A stretch of 64,000 nucleotides of DNA from positions 57,730-121,729 of the forward strand of contig CAYJXI010000002.1 of assembly GCA_964374105.1 (NCBI GenBank), in the 5' to 3' direction. Made by a program: the position numbers and the translations under genes. Positions within the stretch are counted from its first letter, which is position 1. Every line of letters starts with the position of its first letter. Of this stretch, positions 1 to 7,252 are shown piece by piece. The stretch comes from an uncultured Planctomycetales bacterium. GTDB lineage: Bacteria > Omnitrophota > Gorgyraeia > Zapsychrales > JANLHA01. The notes under the pieces were generated by a model. That model was not told the origin of the DNA and did not search any database. It saw nothing but the letters and a program-made list of their open reading frames with translations.

Positions 1-2
1 TT

Positions 3-291
3 CAGGAGGAGTCCAGCCCGGGGATTAATACCACAATCCGCGACCGATTTTATGGTGCGGCATCAGCTACGCCGGTTACGGTATTTCCGCAGCTGCTCAA
101 ACTGAAGAACCATCATCTTGCTAAACTTCACCCTGGCAGGAAAATTAATCTAGAGAAAGAAATTCAGGAGGTTTTCGAATCGTTCAAGAGTTTTCCTTCG
201 CATTTGACGCTGGATGAGCAGGCCTATTTCGCGATAGGATACTACCACCAGCGACAGGATTTTTTTACGAAAAAGGATACGGACAATAAAT
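3..291 (+). CDS. cas8c: Type I-C Cas8c (Csd1) C-terminal fragment; the 5' end lies outside the window
   Basis: An open frame from the window edge reads ...[29 protein letters not shown] with a stop at 289-291. It lies immediately upstream of cas7, in the canonical I-C order. The C-terminal YFAIGYY-like motif resembles the Csd1 C-terminus. Identity is inferred mainly from position. Confidence 0.55.
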
Positions 292-316
292 AAAATACAA
301 GATAAGGAGTATTACA

Positions 317-1183
317 ATGTCAGCTATTACCAAACGTTATGATTTTGTTTTGTTCTTTGATGTCCAGGATGGTAATCCCAATGGCGATCCCGATGCCGGC
401 AATCTTCCGCGTGTAGATGCCGAAACAGGCATGGGGCTAGTGACGGATGTCTGTTTGAAGCGCAAGGTGCGGAATTATGTCCAGATAATTAAGGAATCAA
501 AAAAGCCATTCGACATATTTGTTAAGGAAAAAGCTGTGCTTAATTCGTTGATTGACGAAGCTCATGAACAACAAAATGTGAAGAATAAGGAGAAAGGTGA
601 TAAGACTGAAGCTGCCCGTCAATGGATGTGTGTGCAATACTATGACATTCGGGCGTTTGGCGCTGTTATGAGCACAGGGAAAAATGCTGGCCAGGTCCGA
701 GGGCCAATTCAGTTGACCTTTGCCCGGTCCGTAGAACCCATTGTTACTCTTGAGCATAGTATCACGCGTATGGCTGTAGCCACGGAAGCAGAAGCGGAAA
801 AACAAAGTGGTGATAACCGGACCATGGGTCGCAAGTTTACTGTTCCTTACGGTCTTTACCGTACTCACGGCTTTGTGTCCGCGCATCTGGCAGCACAAAC
901 AGGTTTTTCTGAAGAAGATTTGGAGTTGTTCTGGGAATCTTTGCAAAGGATGTTTGATCATGATCATTCTGCGGCGCGCGGCCTTATGAGCCCCCGGGCG
1001 TTAATTATTTTCGAGCATGGTTCAGCGCTGGGAACAGCAAACGCGTCGACCCTTTTTGATCGGGTTACATTCAAGCGCTCTAGCGAAGGCCCAGCACGCA
1101 AGTTTTCTGACTATCAGATTTTGCTTGATGGTCAAGCAGTAACAGAAATGCCTAAAATAGTGAACAGTAACAGAAATGCCTAA
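317..1183 (+). CDS. cas7: Type I-C Cas7 (Csd2/DevR family) Cascade backbone subunit
   Basis: The N-terminal motif [19 protein letters not shown] is the hallmark of Csd2/Csh2/DevR Cas7. The gene is 288 aa and followed by cas4-cas1-cas2 and I-C-type repeats. Its 3' end is modified by a 28-bp tandem duplication. Confidence 0.85.
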   Translation: MSAITKRYDFVLFFDVQDGNPNGDPDAGNLPRVDAETGMGLVTDVCLKRKVRNYVQIIKESKKPFDIFVKEKAVLNSLIDEAHEQQNVKNKEKGDKTEAARQWMCVQYYDIRAFGAVMSTGKNAGQVRGPIQLTFARSVEPIVTLEHSITRMAVATEAEAEKQSGDNRTMGRKFTVPYGLYRTHGFVSAHLAAQTGFSEEDLELFWESLQRMFDHDHSAARGLMSPRALIIFEHGSALGTANASTLFDRVTFKRSSEGPARKFSDYQILLDGQAVTEMPKIVNSNRNA

Positions 1184-1250
1184 AATAGTGAAAGTGTAAG
1201 TATTTGTTTATCCCCCCAACCCTACCCCACAGCAAAAGGAGGAGTTAGAA

Positions 1251-2078
1251 ATGGGGAATAAAAATCAGATAGTAGAATTTCAGGCTCAGAAAATCCGGAG
1301 GTTTTGGGACGAACAACAAGAGAAGTGGTATTTTTCGGTCATTGATGTGATACAGGCGCTGACTGATAGTACAATCCCGCGCCGTTATTGGTCAGATCTT
1401 AAACGCAAGCTGACAGCAGAGGGAAGTCAGGTGTACGAGAAAATCGTACAACTGAAATTTGTATCAAGTGATGGGAAAAAGTACCTCAGCGGTGCCGCCG
1501 ATACGGAAACCATGTTCCGGATTATCCAGTCCGTCCCTTCCCCCAAAGCGGAGCCTTTCAAATTATGGCTAGCTCGTGTCGGATACGAACGGGTTGAGGA
1601 GGCCGCTGATCCCGAATTGGCCGTTCAAAGAGCCATGCAGTATTATTTGAAGAAAGGTTATTCGGAAGAGTGGATTAACCAGCGCTTAAAAAGTATCGAG
1701 ATTCGAAAATTTTTAACGGATGAATGGCGTAAAAGGGGCGTTAAAGGGAGTGATGAATTCGCGATTCTGACCGATGATATTACGTTTGCTTGGGCAGGGA
1801 TGAAAACCAAAGATTATAAAAAATTCAAGGAACTTAAGAAAGAAAATCTTCGGGATAATATGACCAATCTGGAGCTTATCCTTAACATGCTTGCCGAAGC
1901 GACTACGACTGAAATTTCACAAGTGAAAAAACCGGAAACTTTTAAGGATAACCGAAAGGTCGCGCGTCAAGGCGGCGGGGTGGCTGGCAAAGCGCGCAAG
2001 GACATTGAACAAAAAACAGGAAGAAGCGTTATCAGTCAAGAAACTCATCTTAAAATACTGAAGGGAAGAAAACGATGA
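1251..2078 (+). CDS. DinD-like / Bro-N domain protein (phage antirepressor-like N-terminal domain)
   Basis: The N-terminal 110 aa (QKIRRFWDEQQEKWYFSVIDVIQALTDS...YWSDLKRKL...) resemble the Bro-N fold of E. coli DNA-damage-inducible protein D. There is a strong SD (aaaggagg) 8 nt upstream. The gene sits between cas7 and cas4. Confidence 0.65.
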   Translation: MGNKNQIVEFQAQKIRRFWDEQQEKWYFSVIDVIQALTDSTIPRRYWSDLKRKLTAEGSQVYEKIVQLKFVSSDGKKYLSGAADTETMFRIIQSVPSPKAEPFKLWLARVGYERVEEAADPELAVQRAMQYYLKKGYSEEWINQRLKSIEIRKFLTDEWRKRGVKGSDEFAILTDDITFAWAGMKTKDYKKFKELKKENLRDNMTNLELILNMLAEATTTEISQVKKPETFKDNRKVARQGGGVAGKARKDIEQKTGRSVISQETHLKILKGRKR

Positions 2079-2229
2079 CTACCGCTAACTAAAGTTTTCC
2101 ACGTGCGTGGGGATGCATTGTGCGCGTAGGATTAATGTACAATATTTTGGAGCGAATTGAGCTGGACACATTAGCAGGTATTTTAATTATTCCCCCTCAA
2201 CCTACCCCACAACAAAGGAGAAGTCAGAA

Positions 2230-3336
2230 ATGGGGACACAGCATCGAAATGACCCGGCTCGTAATAAAGAGAAGCCGAGTGCGGCAAAAAAAGATTTAAT
2301 TCCAAAGGAATCAAAATTTATCCTCTATGCCAGCCCGGATGGGCAAGTTAAAGTGGAAGTCTTTCTTCAGGGGGAAACGGTTTGGCTGTCTCAGCAGTTA
2401 ATGGCGGAACTGTTTCAGACAACCAAGCAGAACATAAGTTTACATATTAAGAATATCTTTGAGGAAAATGAGCTGGTCGAAAATTCAGTTGTCAAGGAAT
2501 TCTTGACAACTGCCGCCGACGGGAAAAGTTATCAAACGAAGTTTTACAACCTTGATATGATTATATCCGTTGGATACCGTATCAAGTCCAACGTTGCCAC
2601 GCAATTCCGTATCTGGGCGACGCGTGTATTGCGCGAATATATTGTTAAGGGGTTTGCTCTTGACGATGATCGCCTTAAAAGCGGTAAATCTTTACGGCAG
2701 AAATATTTTGAAGAACTTTTGGAGCGCATCCGTGATATCCGCGCTTCGGAGCGTTTGTTCTATCAGAAAATCACTGATATTTACGCTCAATGCAGCATTG
2801 ATTATGATCCTAATTCATCCGTTACTGAGAAATTTTATGCGGTCGTCCAGAATAAACTGCATTGGGCTATTCATGGGCATACAGCCGCTGAATTGATTGC
2901 CAAGCGAGCCAATGCCTCAAAGCCGTATATGGGGTTGACCACATGGACTAATGCCCTCAGGGGGAAAATTCGTAAGATGGATGTATCGGTTGCGAAAAAT
3001 TATCTGGCGGAAAAGGAACTCCGGCAGTTGAACCGTATCGTGACAATGTATTTGGACTATGCGGAAATGCAGGCAGAAAACAAAAAGGCAATGACCATGA
3101 AGGATTGGGTGGCGAAGCTGGATTCTTTTTTAAGATTTAATGAAAAAGAAATACTCTCTAATCCGGGCAAAATATCATCTGAAGTTGCAAAAGAATTAGC
3201 CGAAAAGGAATTTGCGAAATACGAAAATCAAATTAGAACGTTTGAGGCCTCACAGCCCTCAACTGATTTCGATAAGCTTGTCAACCAAACTGAACAATTG
3301 AAAAGAAAAAGAATCAAACGGAATAAAGGACTATGA
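2230..3336 (+). CDS. RhuM-family protein (virulence protein RhuM family)
   Basis: The central region ETVWLSQQLMAELFQTTKQNISLHIKNIFEENEL...YNLDMIISVGYRIKSNVATQFRIWATRVLREYIVKGFALDDDRL is highly characteristic of RhuM-family proteins. The stop codon overlaps the cas4 ATG (ATGA). Confidence 0.75.
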   Translation: MGTQHRNDPARNKEKPSAAKKDLIPKESKFILYASPDGQVKVEVFLQGETVWLSQQLMAELFQTTKQNISLHIKNIFEENELVENSVVKEFLTTAADGKSYQTKFYNLDMIISVGYRIKSNVATQFRIWATRVLREYIVKGFALDDDRLKSGKSLRQKYFEELLERIRDIRASERLFYQKITDIYAQCSIDYDPNSSVTEKFYAVVQNKLHWAIHGHTAAELIAKRANASKPYMGLTTWTNALRGKIRKMDVSVAKNYLAEKELRQLNRIVTMYLDYAEMQAENKKAMTMKDWVAKLDSFLRFNEKEILSNPGKISSEVAKELAEKEFAKYENQIRTFEASQPSTDFDKLVNQTEQLKRKRIKRNKGL

Positions 3337-4001
3337 ACGAGACTGTGATATACAGTGAAGACAATCTTTTACCCCTATCCGCCATCCAGCACCTGTTTTT
3401 TTGCGAACGCCAGTGCGCGCTCATTCATATCGAACAGTTGTGGGATGAGAATTTGTTCACAGCGCAAGGGAGAATTATGCATGAGAAGGTGCATTCCGAG
3501 ACAGCCGAACGCCGGCGGGATATCCGGGTGGAGTATGGGATGCCGCTAAGATCGCTTAAACTGGGACTCTCCGGCAAAGCGGATGTGGTTGAGTTTCACC
3601 GTCTTGATGGCGGCCATTGGCCCCGCCAAGGACGGGGCTGGCAGCCTTTTCCGGTAGAGTTCAAACGAGGTCGACAAAAGCCCGACAACCGGGATAAAGT
3701 GCAGTTATGCGCTCAGGCGATTTGTCTGGAGGAGATGATGTCGCTTTCCGTCCCGCGAGGCGCGATTTATTATGGTAAAGAGCGGCATCGGACCGAGGTT
3801 GAATTTGACGAGTCTCTGCGGCAAGACACAGAGCAGACAGCGGCGCGGCTGCGCAAACTTATTGAATCGGGCAAAACTCCGCCGCCGGTTTATGAAGAGA
3901 AGTGTGATAGTTGTTCTTTGTTTTCTTTGTGTTTGCCTAAAACTATTGAGAAAAAAATATCGGTGCTGCAGTATCTTTCCCAAATGATCGAGGAATTATG
4001 A
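3333..4001 (+). CDS. cas4: Cas4 RecB-like nuclease with C-terminal Cys cluster
   Basis: The N-terminal LSAIQHLFFCERQCAL and the C-terminal CDSCSLFSLC four-Cys cluster are Cas4 hallmarks. The gene lies between cas7 and cas1, and its stop overlaps the cas1 start. Confidence 0.85.
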   Translation: MNETVIYSEDNLLPLSAIQHLFFCERQCALIHIEQLWDENLFTAQGRIMHEKVHSETAERRRDIRVEYGMPLRSLKLGLSGKADVVEFHRLDGGHWPRQGRGWQPFPVEFKRGRQKPDNRDKVQLCAQAICLEEMMSLSVPRGAIYYGKERHRTEVEFDESLRQDTEQTAARLRKLIESGKTPPPVYEEKCDSCSLFSLCLPKTIEKKISVLQYLSQMIEEL

Positions 4002-5029
4002 AAAAATATTTGAACACTATTTTTGTGACGACCCAGGGGGCATATCTTTTTAAGGAAGGCGAGACGGTCGCGGTTAAAGTGGAAGATGAAGTGAAGATGC
4101 GTGTTCCTGTCCATACAATCGGTGGAATTGTGTGCTTCGGTCAGGTGAGCTGTTCGCCGCCTTTGATGGGATTTTGCGCGGAGAATAATGTGGCGGTCAG
4201 CTTTTTGACGGAAAACGGATATTTTTTAGCGAAGGTGCAGGGATACATTTCAGGGAATGTATTGCTCAGGCGCGAGCAATACAGGCGGGCGGATGACTCA
4301 AAAAGTTCAACGACCATCGCCAAGTCCATATTAATGTCAAAATTTGCTAATTGCCGGACGGTTTTACAGCGGGCCCGGCGCGATCATGCTGATAAAATAG
4401 ATGATGAAGGGTTAAAAAAAGTTTCCGCCCGGTTGAGTTGGTCTTTGAAAGAATTGGAGCGGGACATGAGCTTGGATGCCTTGCGCGGATTGGAAGGCGA
4501 CACGGCGCATTCGTATTTCAGCGCCTTTGATCATTTGATCGTAAATCAGAAAGAGGACTTTTTTTTCCGCGAACGAAGTCGGCGTCCGCCGCTGGATAAT
4601 GTGAATTGTTTATTGTCATTTTTATATACTCTCCTTATGCACGACGTTCGTTCGGCTTTGGAAAGTGTAGGGTTGGATTCGGCGGTCGGATTTTTGCATA
4701 GGGACAGATCGGGCCGGCCGGGACTGGCGTTAGATTTGATGGAAGAATTCCGCCCATTTTTGGCCGACCGGCTGGCGTTGTCTTTGGTCAACTTGGGGCA
4801 GGTTAAAAAAAATGGTTTTAAGAAAAGTGAAGCGGGAGCGGTTTTGATGGATGATGAAACGAGAAAAACTGTTTTAATCGCCTATCAAAACAGGAAACAG
4901 GAAGAGATCACCCATCCGTTTCTTGATGAAAAAATTAACGTCGGTTTATTGTTTCATGTCCAGGCGTTGTTGTTGGCGCGGTATCTGCGCGGCGATTTGG
5001 ATGGTTATCCCGCGTTTATCTGGAAATAA
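3998..5029 (+). CDS. cas1: Cas1 integrase, type I-C
   Basis: 343 aa. It has the typical Cas1 N-terminus (LNTIFVTTQGAYLFKEGETVAV) and conserved acidic/His residues (HRDRSGRPGLALDLMEEFRP). It is followed by cas2. Confidence 0.9.
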   Translation: MKKYLNTIFVTTQGAYLFKEGETVAVKVEDEVKMRVPVHTIGGIVCFGQVSCSPPLMGFCAENNVAVSFLTENGYFLAKVQGYISGNVLLRREQYRRADDSKSSTTIAKSILMSKFANCRTVLQRARRDHADKIDDEGLKKVSARLSWSLKELERDMSLDALRGLEGDTAHSYFSAFDHLIVNQKEDFFFRERSRRPPLDNVNCLLSFLYTLLMHDVRSALESVGLDSAVGFLHRDRSGRPGLALDLMEEFRPFLADRLALSLVNLGQVKKNGFKKSEAGAVLMDDETRKTVLIAYQNRKQEEITHPFLDEKINVGLLFHVQALLLARYLRGDLDGYPAFIWK

Positions 5030-5043
5030 GAGGGAGGCATAAA

Positions 5044-5334
5044 ATGTTTGTCCTTGTTTCTTATGACGTGGCAGTGAGTGAGGAGGGCGGATCGCGACGC
5101 CTGAGGAGAGTGGCCAAGGCTTGTCAGGATTGGGGGCAGCGCGTTCAGTTTTCTGTTTTTGAGTGTATTGTGGATCCGGCTCAATGGACGGTGTTAAAAG
5201 ACAGATTGATAAGCGAGATGGATCAAGCAAAAGACAGCCTGAGGTTTTATTTTTTAGGTTCCAATTGGAAGCGGCGAGTAGAGCACATAGGAGTCAATAA
5301 ATCTTTGGACCAAGAAGGACCATTAATTGTGTAA
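5044..5334 (+). CDS. cas2: Cas2 endoribonuclease
   Basis: 96 aa. MFVLVSYDV...RVQFSVFEC is the Cas2 signature. It lies directly upstream of the leader and repeat array. Confidence 0.85.
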   Translation: MFVLVSYDVAVSEEGGSRRLRRVAKACQDWGQRVQFSVFECIVDPAQWTVLKDRLISEMDQAKDSLRFYFLGSNWKRRVEHIGVNKSLDQEGPLIV

Positions 5335-5517
5335 ACAGTTTTGCGAAGCGGTCAGAGACATATTGTATACAGAAGGTTCGCAGGATGTTTAAAGGCTTGA
5401 AATGTATATTCTTAAGTGAAGTGTTTGATTGTATAGAAAAAATTTTTAAGTTGTTTAAGGTTGGTTCGTGGAAACGTTGAAATAAAGTGTTGATAATTGA
5501 ATAGTTGTAAGAAGTCA

Positions 5518-5615
5518 GTCGCGCCCCGTGCGGGCGCGTGGATTGAAACTTTATAGATACTAATTTTTTCCGGGATCAACGGCGTCGCGCCCCGTGCGGG
5601 CGCGTGGATTGCCCC
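5518..5615 (+). CRISPR. Minimal type I-C CRISPR array: two repeats and one 34-nt spacer
   Basis: Repeat 1 (5518-5549) reads GTCGCGCCCCGTGCGGGCGCGTGGATTGAAAC, which is close to the canonical I-C repeat GTCGCGCCCCGCACGGGCGCGTGGATTGAAAC. The spacer at 5550-5583 reads tttatagatactaattttttccgggatcaacggc. Repeat 2 (5584-5615) is identical for 28 nt and then degenerates (…gattgcccc), as a terminal repeat often does. An AT-rich 183-bp leader lies between the cas2 stop and repeat 1. Confidence 0.8.
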
Positions 5616-5650
5616 GCCTTTCTGTAAGCTTTTTATGGGAGGCGGGGTCC
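5611..5650 (+). terminator. GC-rich hairpin immediately after the degenerate terminal repeat
   Basis: ccccgcctttctgtaagctttttatgggaggcgggg forms an 8-bp stem, ccccgcct/aggcgggg. Confidence 0.35.
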
Positions 5651-5815
5651 CGCTTTCATCTAAGATATAGTATGGAAAAAGCGAGAAAACCTTTCGGGAC
5701 ACGGATCCATCGCTTCAGCAAACTCGGACCTCGCGGCTCGTCTTGCCATGATCTTGGGGTTGACGTTCTTGGGTAGGGTGTGTTATGATACCGCCGTCAA
5801 TCAAAGAGGTTTTTT

Positions 5816-6118
5816 ATGAAAAAAATAGAGGCTATTGTTCGTAAGGAAAAGTTTGCCCAAGTCTATAAGGTTTTGGAAAAATCGGGAATTGGGGGAATGA
5901 CGGTCACCGAGGCTAAAGGTTTTGGACATCATCGCAATGGCCTCAAGGAGAAAGTCAAGATTGAAATTTATGCCGATGAATTTCAAGTCGATAAGGTCGT
6001 GGATATGATTAGACAAACGGCAAAAACTGGCACAACTGGAGATGGGAAGATTGCCGTCCTTAATCTGGAAAGATTATATCGCATTAGAACAGGAGAAGAA
6101 GGGGCCGCGGCCATTTAG
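5816..6118 (+). CDS. Nitrogen regulatory protein P-II family (GlnB/GlnK-like)
   Basis: 100 aa. MKKIEAIVRKEKF...GIGGMTVTEAKGFGHHRNG...EIYADE...GTTGDGKIAV matches the P-II fold and T-loop region. It is not adjacent to amtB or glnA. Confidence 0.75.
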   Translation: MKKIEAIVRKEKFAQVYKVLEKSGIGGMTVTEAKGFGHHRNGLKEKVKIEIYADEFQVDKVVDMIRQTAKTGTTGDGKIAVLNLERLYRIRTGEEGAAAI

Positions 6119-6263
6119 AGAGAAAAAATTTAAATATTATTTTTTTAGTACTCCCCCCATTTTTGAAGACTAATCTCTCACCCTTGAAAAAGTTTTATCT
6201 GTTCATTAACGATTTCAGCCAACGGCTGGAATTTATTAGGGAATTCTTAAGAATAAGTTGCTC

Positions 6264-6291
6264 TTTACAAATTTTGAAAGTGTAATATAAT
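6264..6291 (+). promoter_or_regulatory. Sigma70-like promoter upstream of rpsU
   Basis: tttaca, a 16-nt spacer, then tataat (-10 at 6286-6291), about 70 nt upstream of the rpsU ATG. Confidence 0.4.
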
Positions 6292-6362
6292 ACACTTTGT
6301 TTCAATGAATTTAAGCAAAAAATTATATTAATTCTCGAAGGGAAAGTGGGTGAATTGAAATT

Positions 6363-6524
6363 ATGGTCGAAGTCAGAATTACAGATAAGAACGGTTTTGA
6401 AAAAGCCATGCGGATTTTTAAAAAACAGTGTCAGAAAGAAGGGTTCCTTGTCGAATTAAAAGAGAGACGATACTATACCAAACCCTCAGAAAAGAAGCGC
6501 CGTAAGAAAACTACCTCCTTTTAG
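6363..6524 (+). CDS. rpsU: 30S ribosomal protein S21 (short form, 53 aa)
   Basis: The translation MVEVRITDKNGFEKAMRIFKKQCQKEGFLVELKERRYYTKPSEKKRRKKTTSF matches the S21 pattern (..FE.ALRRFKR.C.K.G.L.E.RRR.YEKPSE.RKR...). It is absent from the supplied ORF track because it is under 60 aa. Confidence 0.75.
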   Translation: MVEVRITDKNGFEKAMRIFKKQCQKEGFLVELKERRYYTKPSEKKRRKKTTSF

Positions 6525-6603
6525 TCATTTCAACAGGGTCCTTTAAACTTTATTTTAAGACAGCGATCATTATTTATTCGCTGTGGAGCGTTAAAGACCT
6601 CCT

Positions 6604-7170
6604 ATGGCAAAAACGCTTAAGCAAGCCCTGCCTGCCCGGCAGGCAGGCCTGCCTGCCGGCAGGCAGGTTGCGATTTTAGTGGAAGATTTATATCAGGTTT
6701 TGGAGGTGTGGTATCCCCTTTTACGACTTAAGGAAGAAGGCATTGCAGTCAAGACGATCGGGACCGGAACAAAAGAAACCTATAGCAGCAAAGAAGGATA
6801 TCCGATCAAGGTGGATTCAGGCATTCAGGATGTGGATGTCAAAGATTTCGATGGTGTCATTATTCCCGGGGGATATGCCCCGGATATCCTGCGCCGTTAT
6901 GAAAGGGTCGTCAATTTTATTAAACGTCTTTATATTGATGGCCGGGTGGTAGCAGCGATTTGCCATGGGGGATGGTTGTTGGTTTCTGCTGGGATCGCCA
7001 AAGGACATAAGCTTACGTGTTTTTTTGCTATCAAGGACGACTTGATCGCTGCGGGTGGGAAATATATCGATCGCGAAGTCGTTGTTGATAAAAATTTAAT
7101 TACCTCTCGTAAACCCGAAGACTTACCTCGATTTGTTCAAGAAATCATTAAACTCATCAAAAAAGGTTAA
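6604..7170 (+). CDS. DJ-1/PfpI family protein (class I glutamine amidotransferase-like)
   Basis: VAILVED...GVIIPGGYAP...AAICHGGWLL contains the nucleophile-elbow Cys typical of DJ-1/PfpI. The first ~20 codons are encoded by two tandem palindromes, so the true start is uncertain. Confidence 0.7.
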   Translation: MAKTLKQALPARQAGLPAGRQVAILVEDLYQVLEVWYPLLRLKEEGIAVKTIGTGTKETYSSKEGYPIKVDSGIQDVDVKDFDGVIIPGGYAPDILRRYERVVNFIKRLYIDGRVVAAICHGGWLLVSAGIAKGHKLTCFFAIKDDLIAAGGKYIDREVVVDKNLITSRKPEDLPRFVQEIIKLIKKG

Positions 7171-7252
7171 TCTTTGTATCAAGGATACTTCCAACGATCC
7201 TGGAGATTTTTAGCAACGACCTTTCCTTTTTAAATCTTAAAGAATTAGAGCG

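Noticed and set aside
497-989. ORFs 497..967 (-) and 807..989 (+) overlapping cas7
   Set aside because: They are embedded in or antisense to a well-supported cas7 reading frame. They have no motifs and atypical composition. They are shadow ORFs.
2544-2896. ORFs 2544..2729 (-) and 2570..2896 (+) inside the RhuM gene
   Set aside because: They are alternative-frame or antisense shadows of a gene with strong family-specific motifs.
1251-3336. Possibility that the inserted pair are anti-CRISPR (Acr) genes
   Set aside because: Acrs are typically small (50-150 aa) and carried by phages, plasmids or prophages next to Aca HTH genes. These are 275 and 368 aa, chromosomal, inside the cas operon and translationally coupled to cas4. 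An accessory or regulatory or independent defence role is more plausible.
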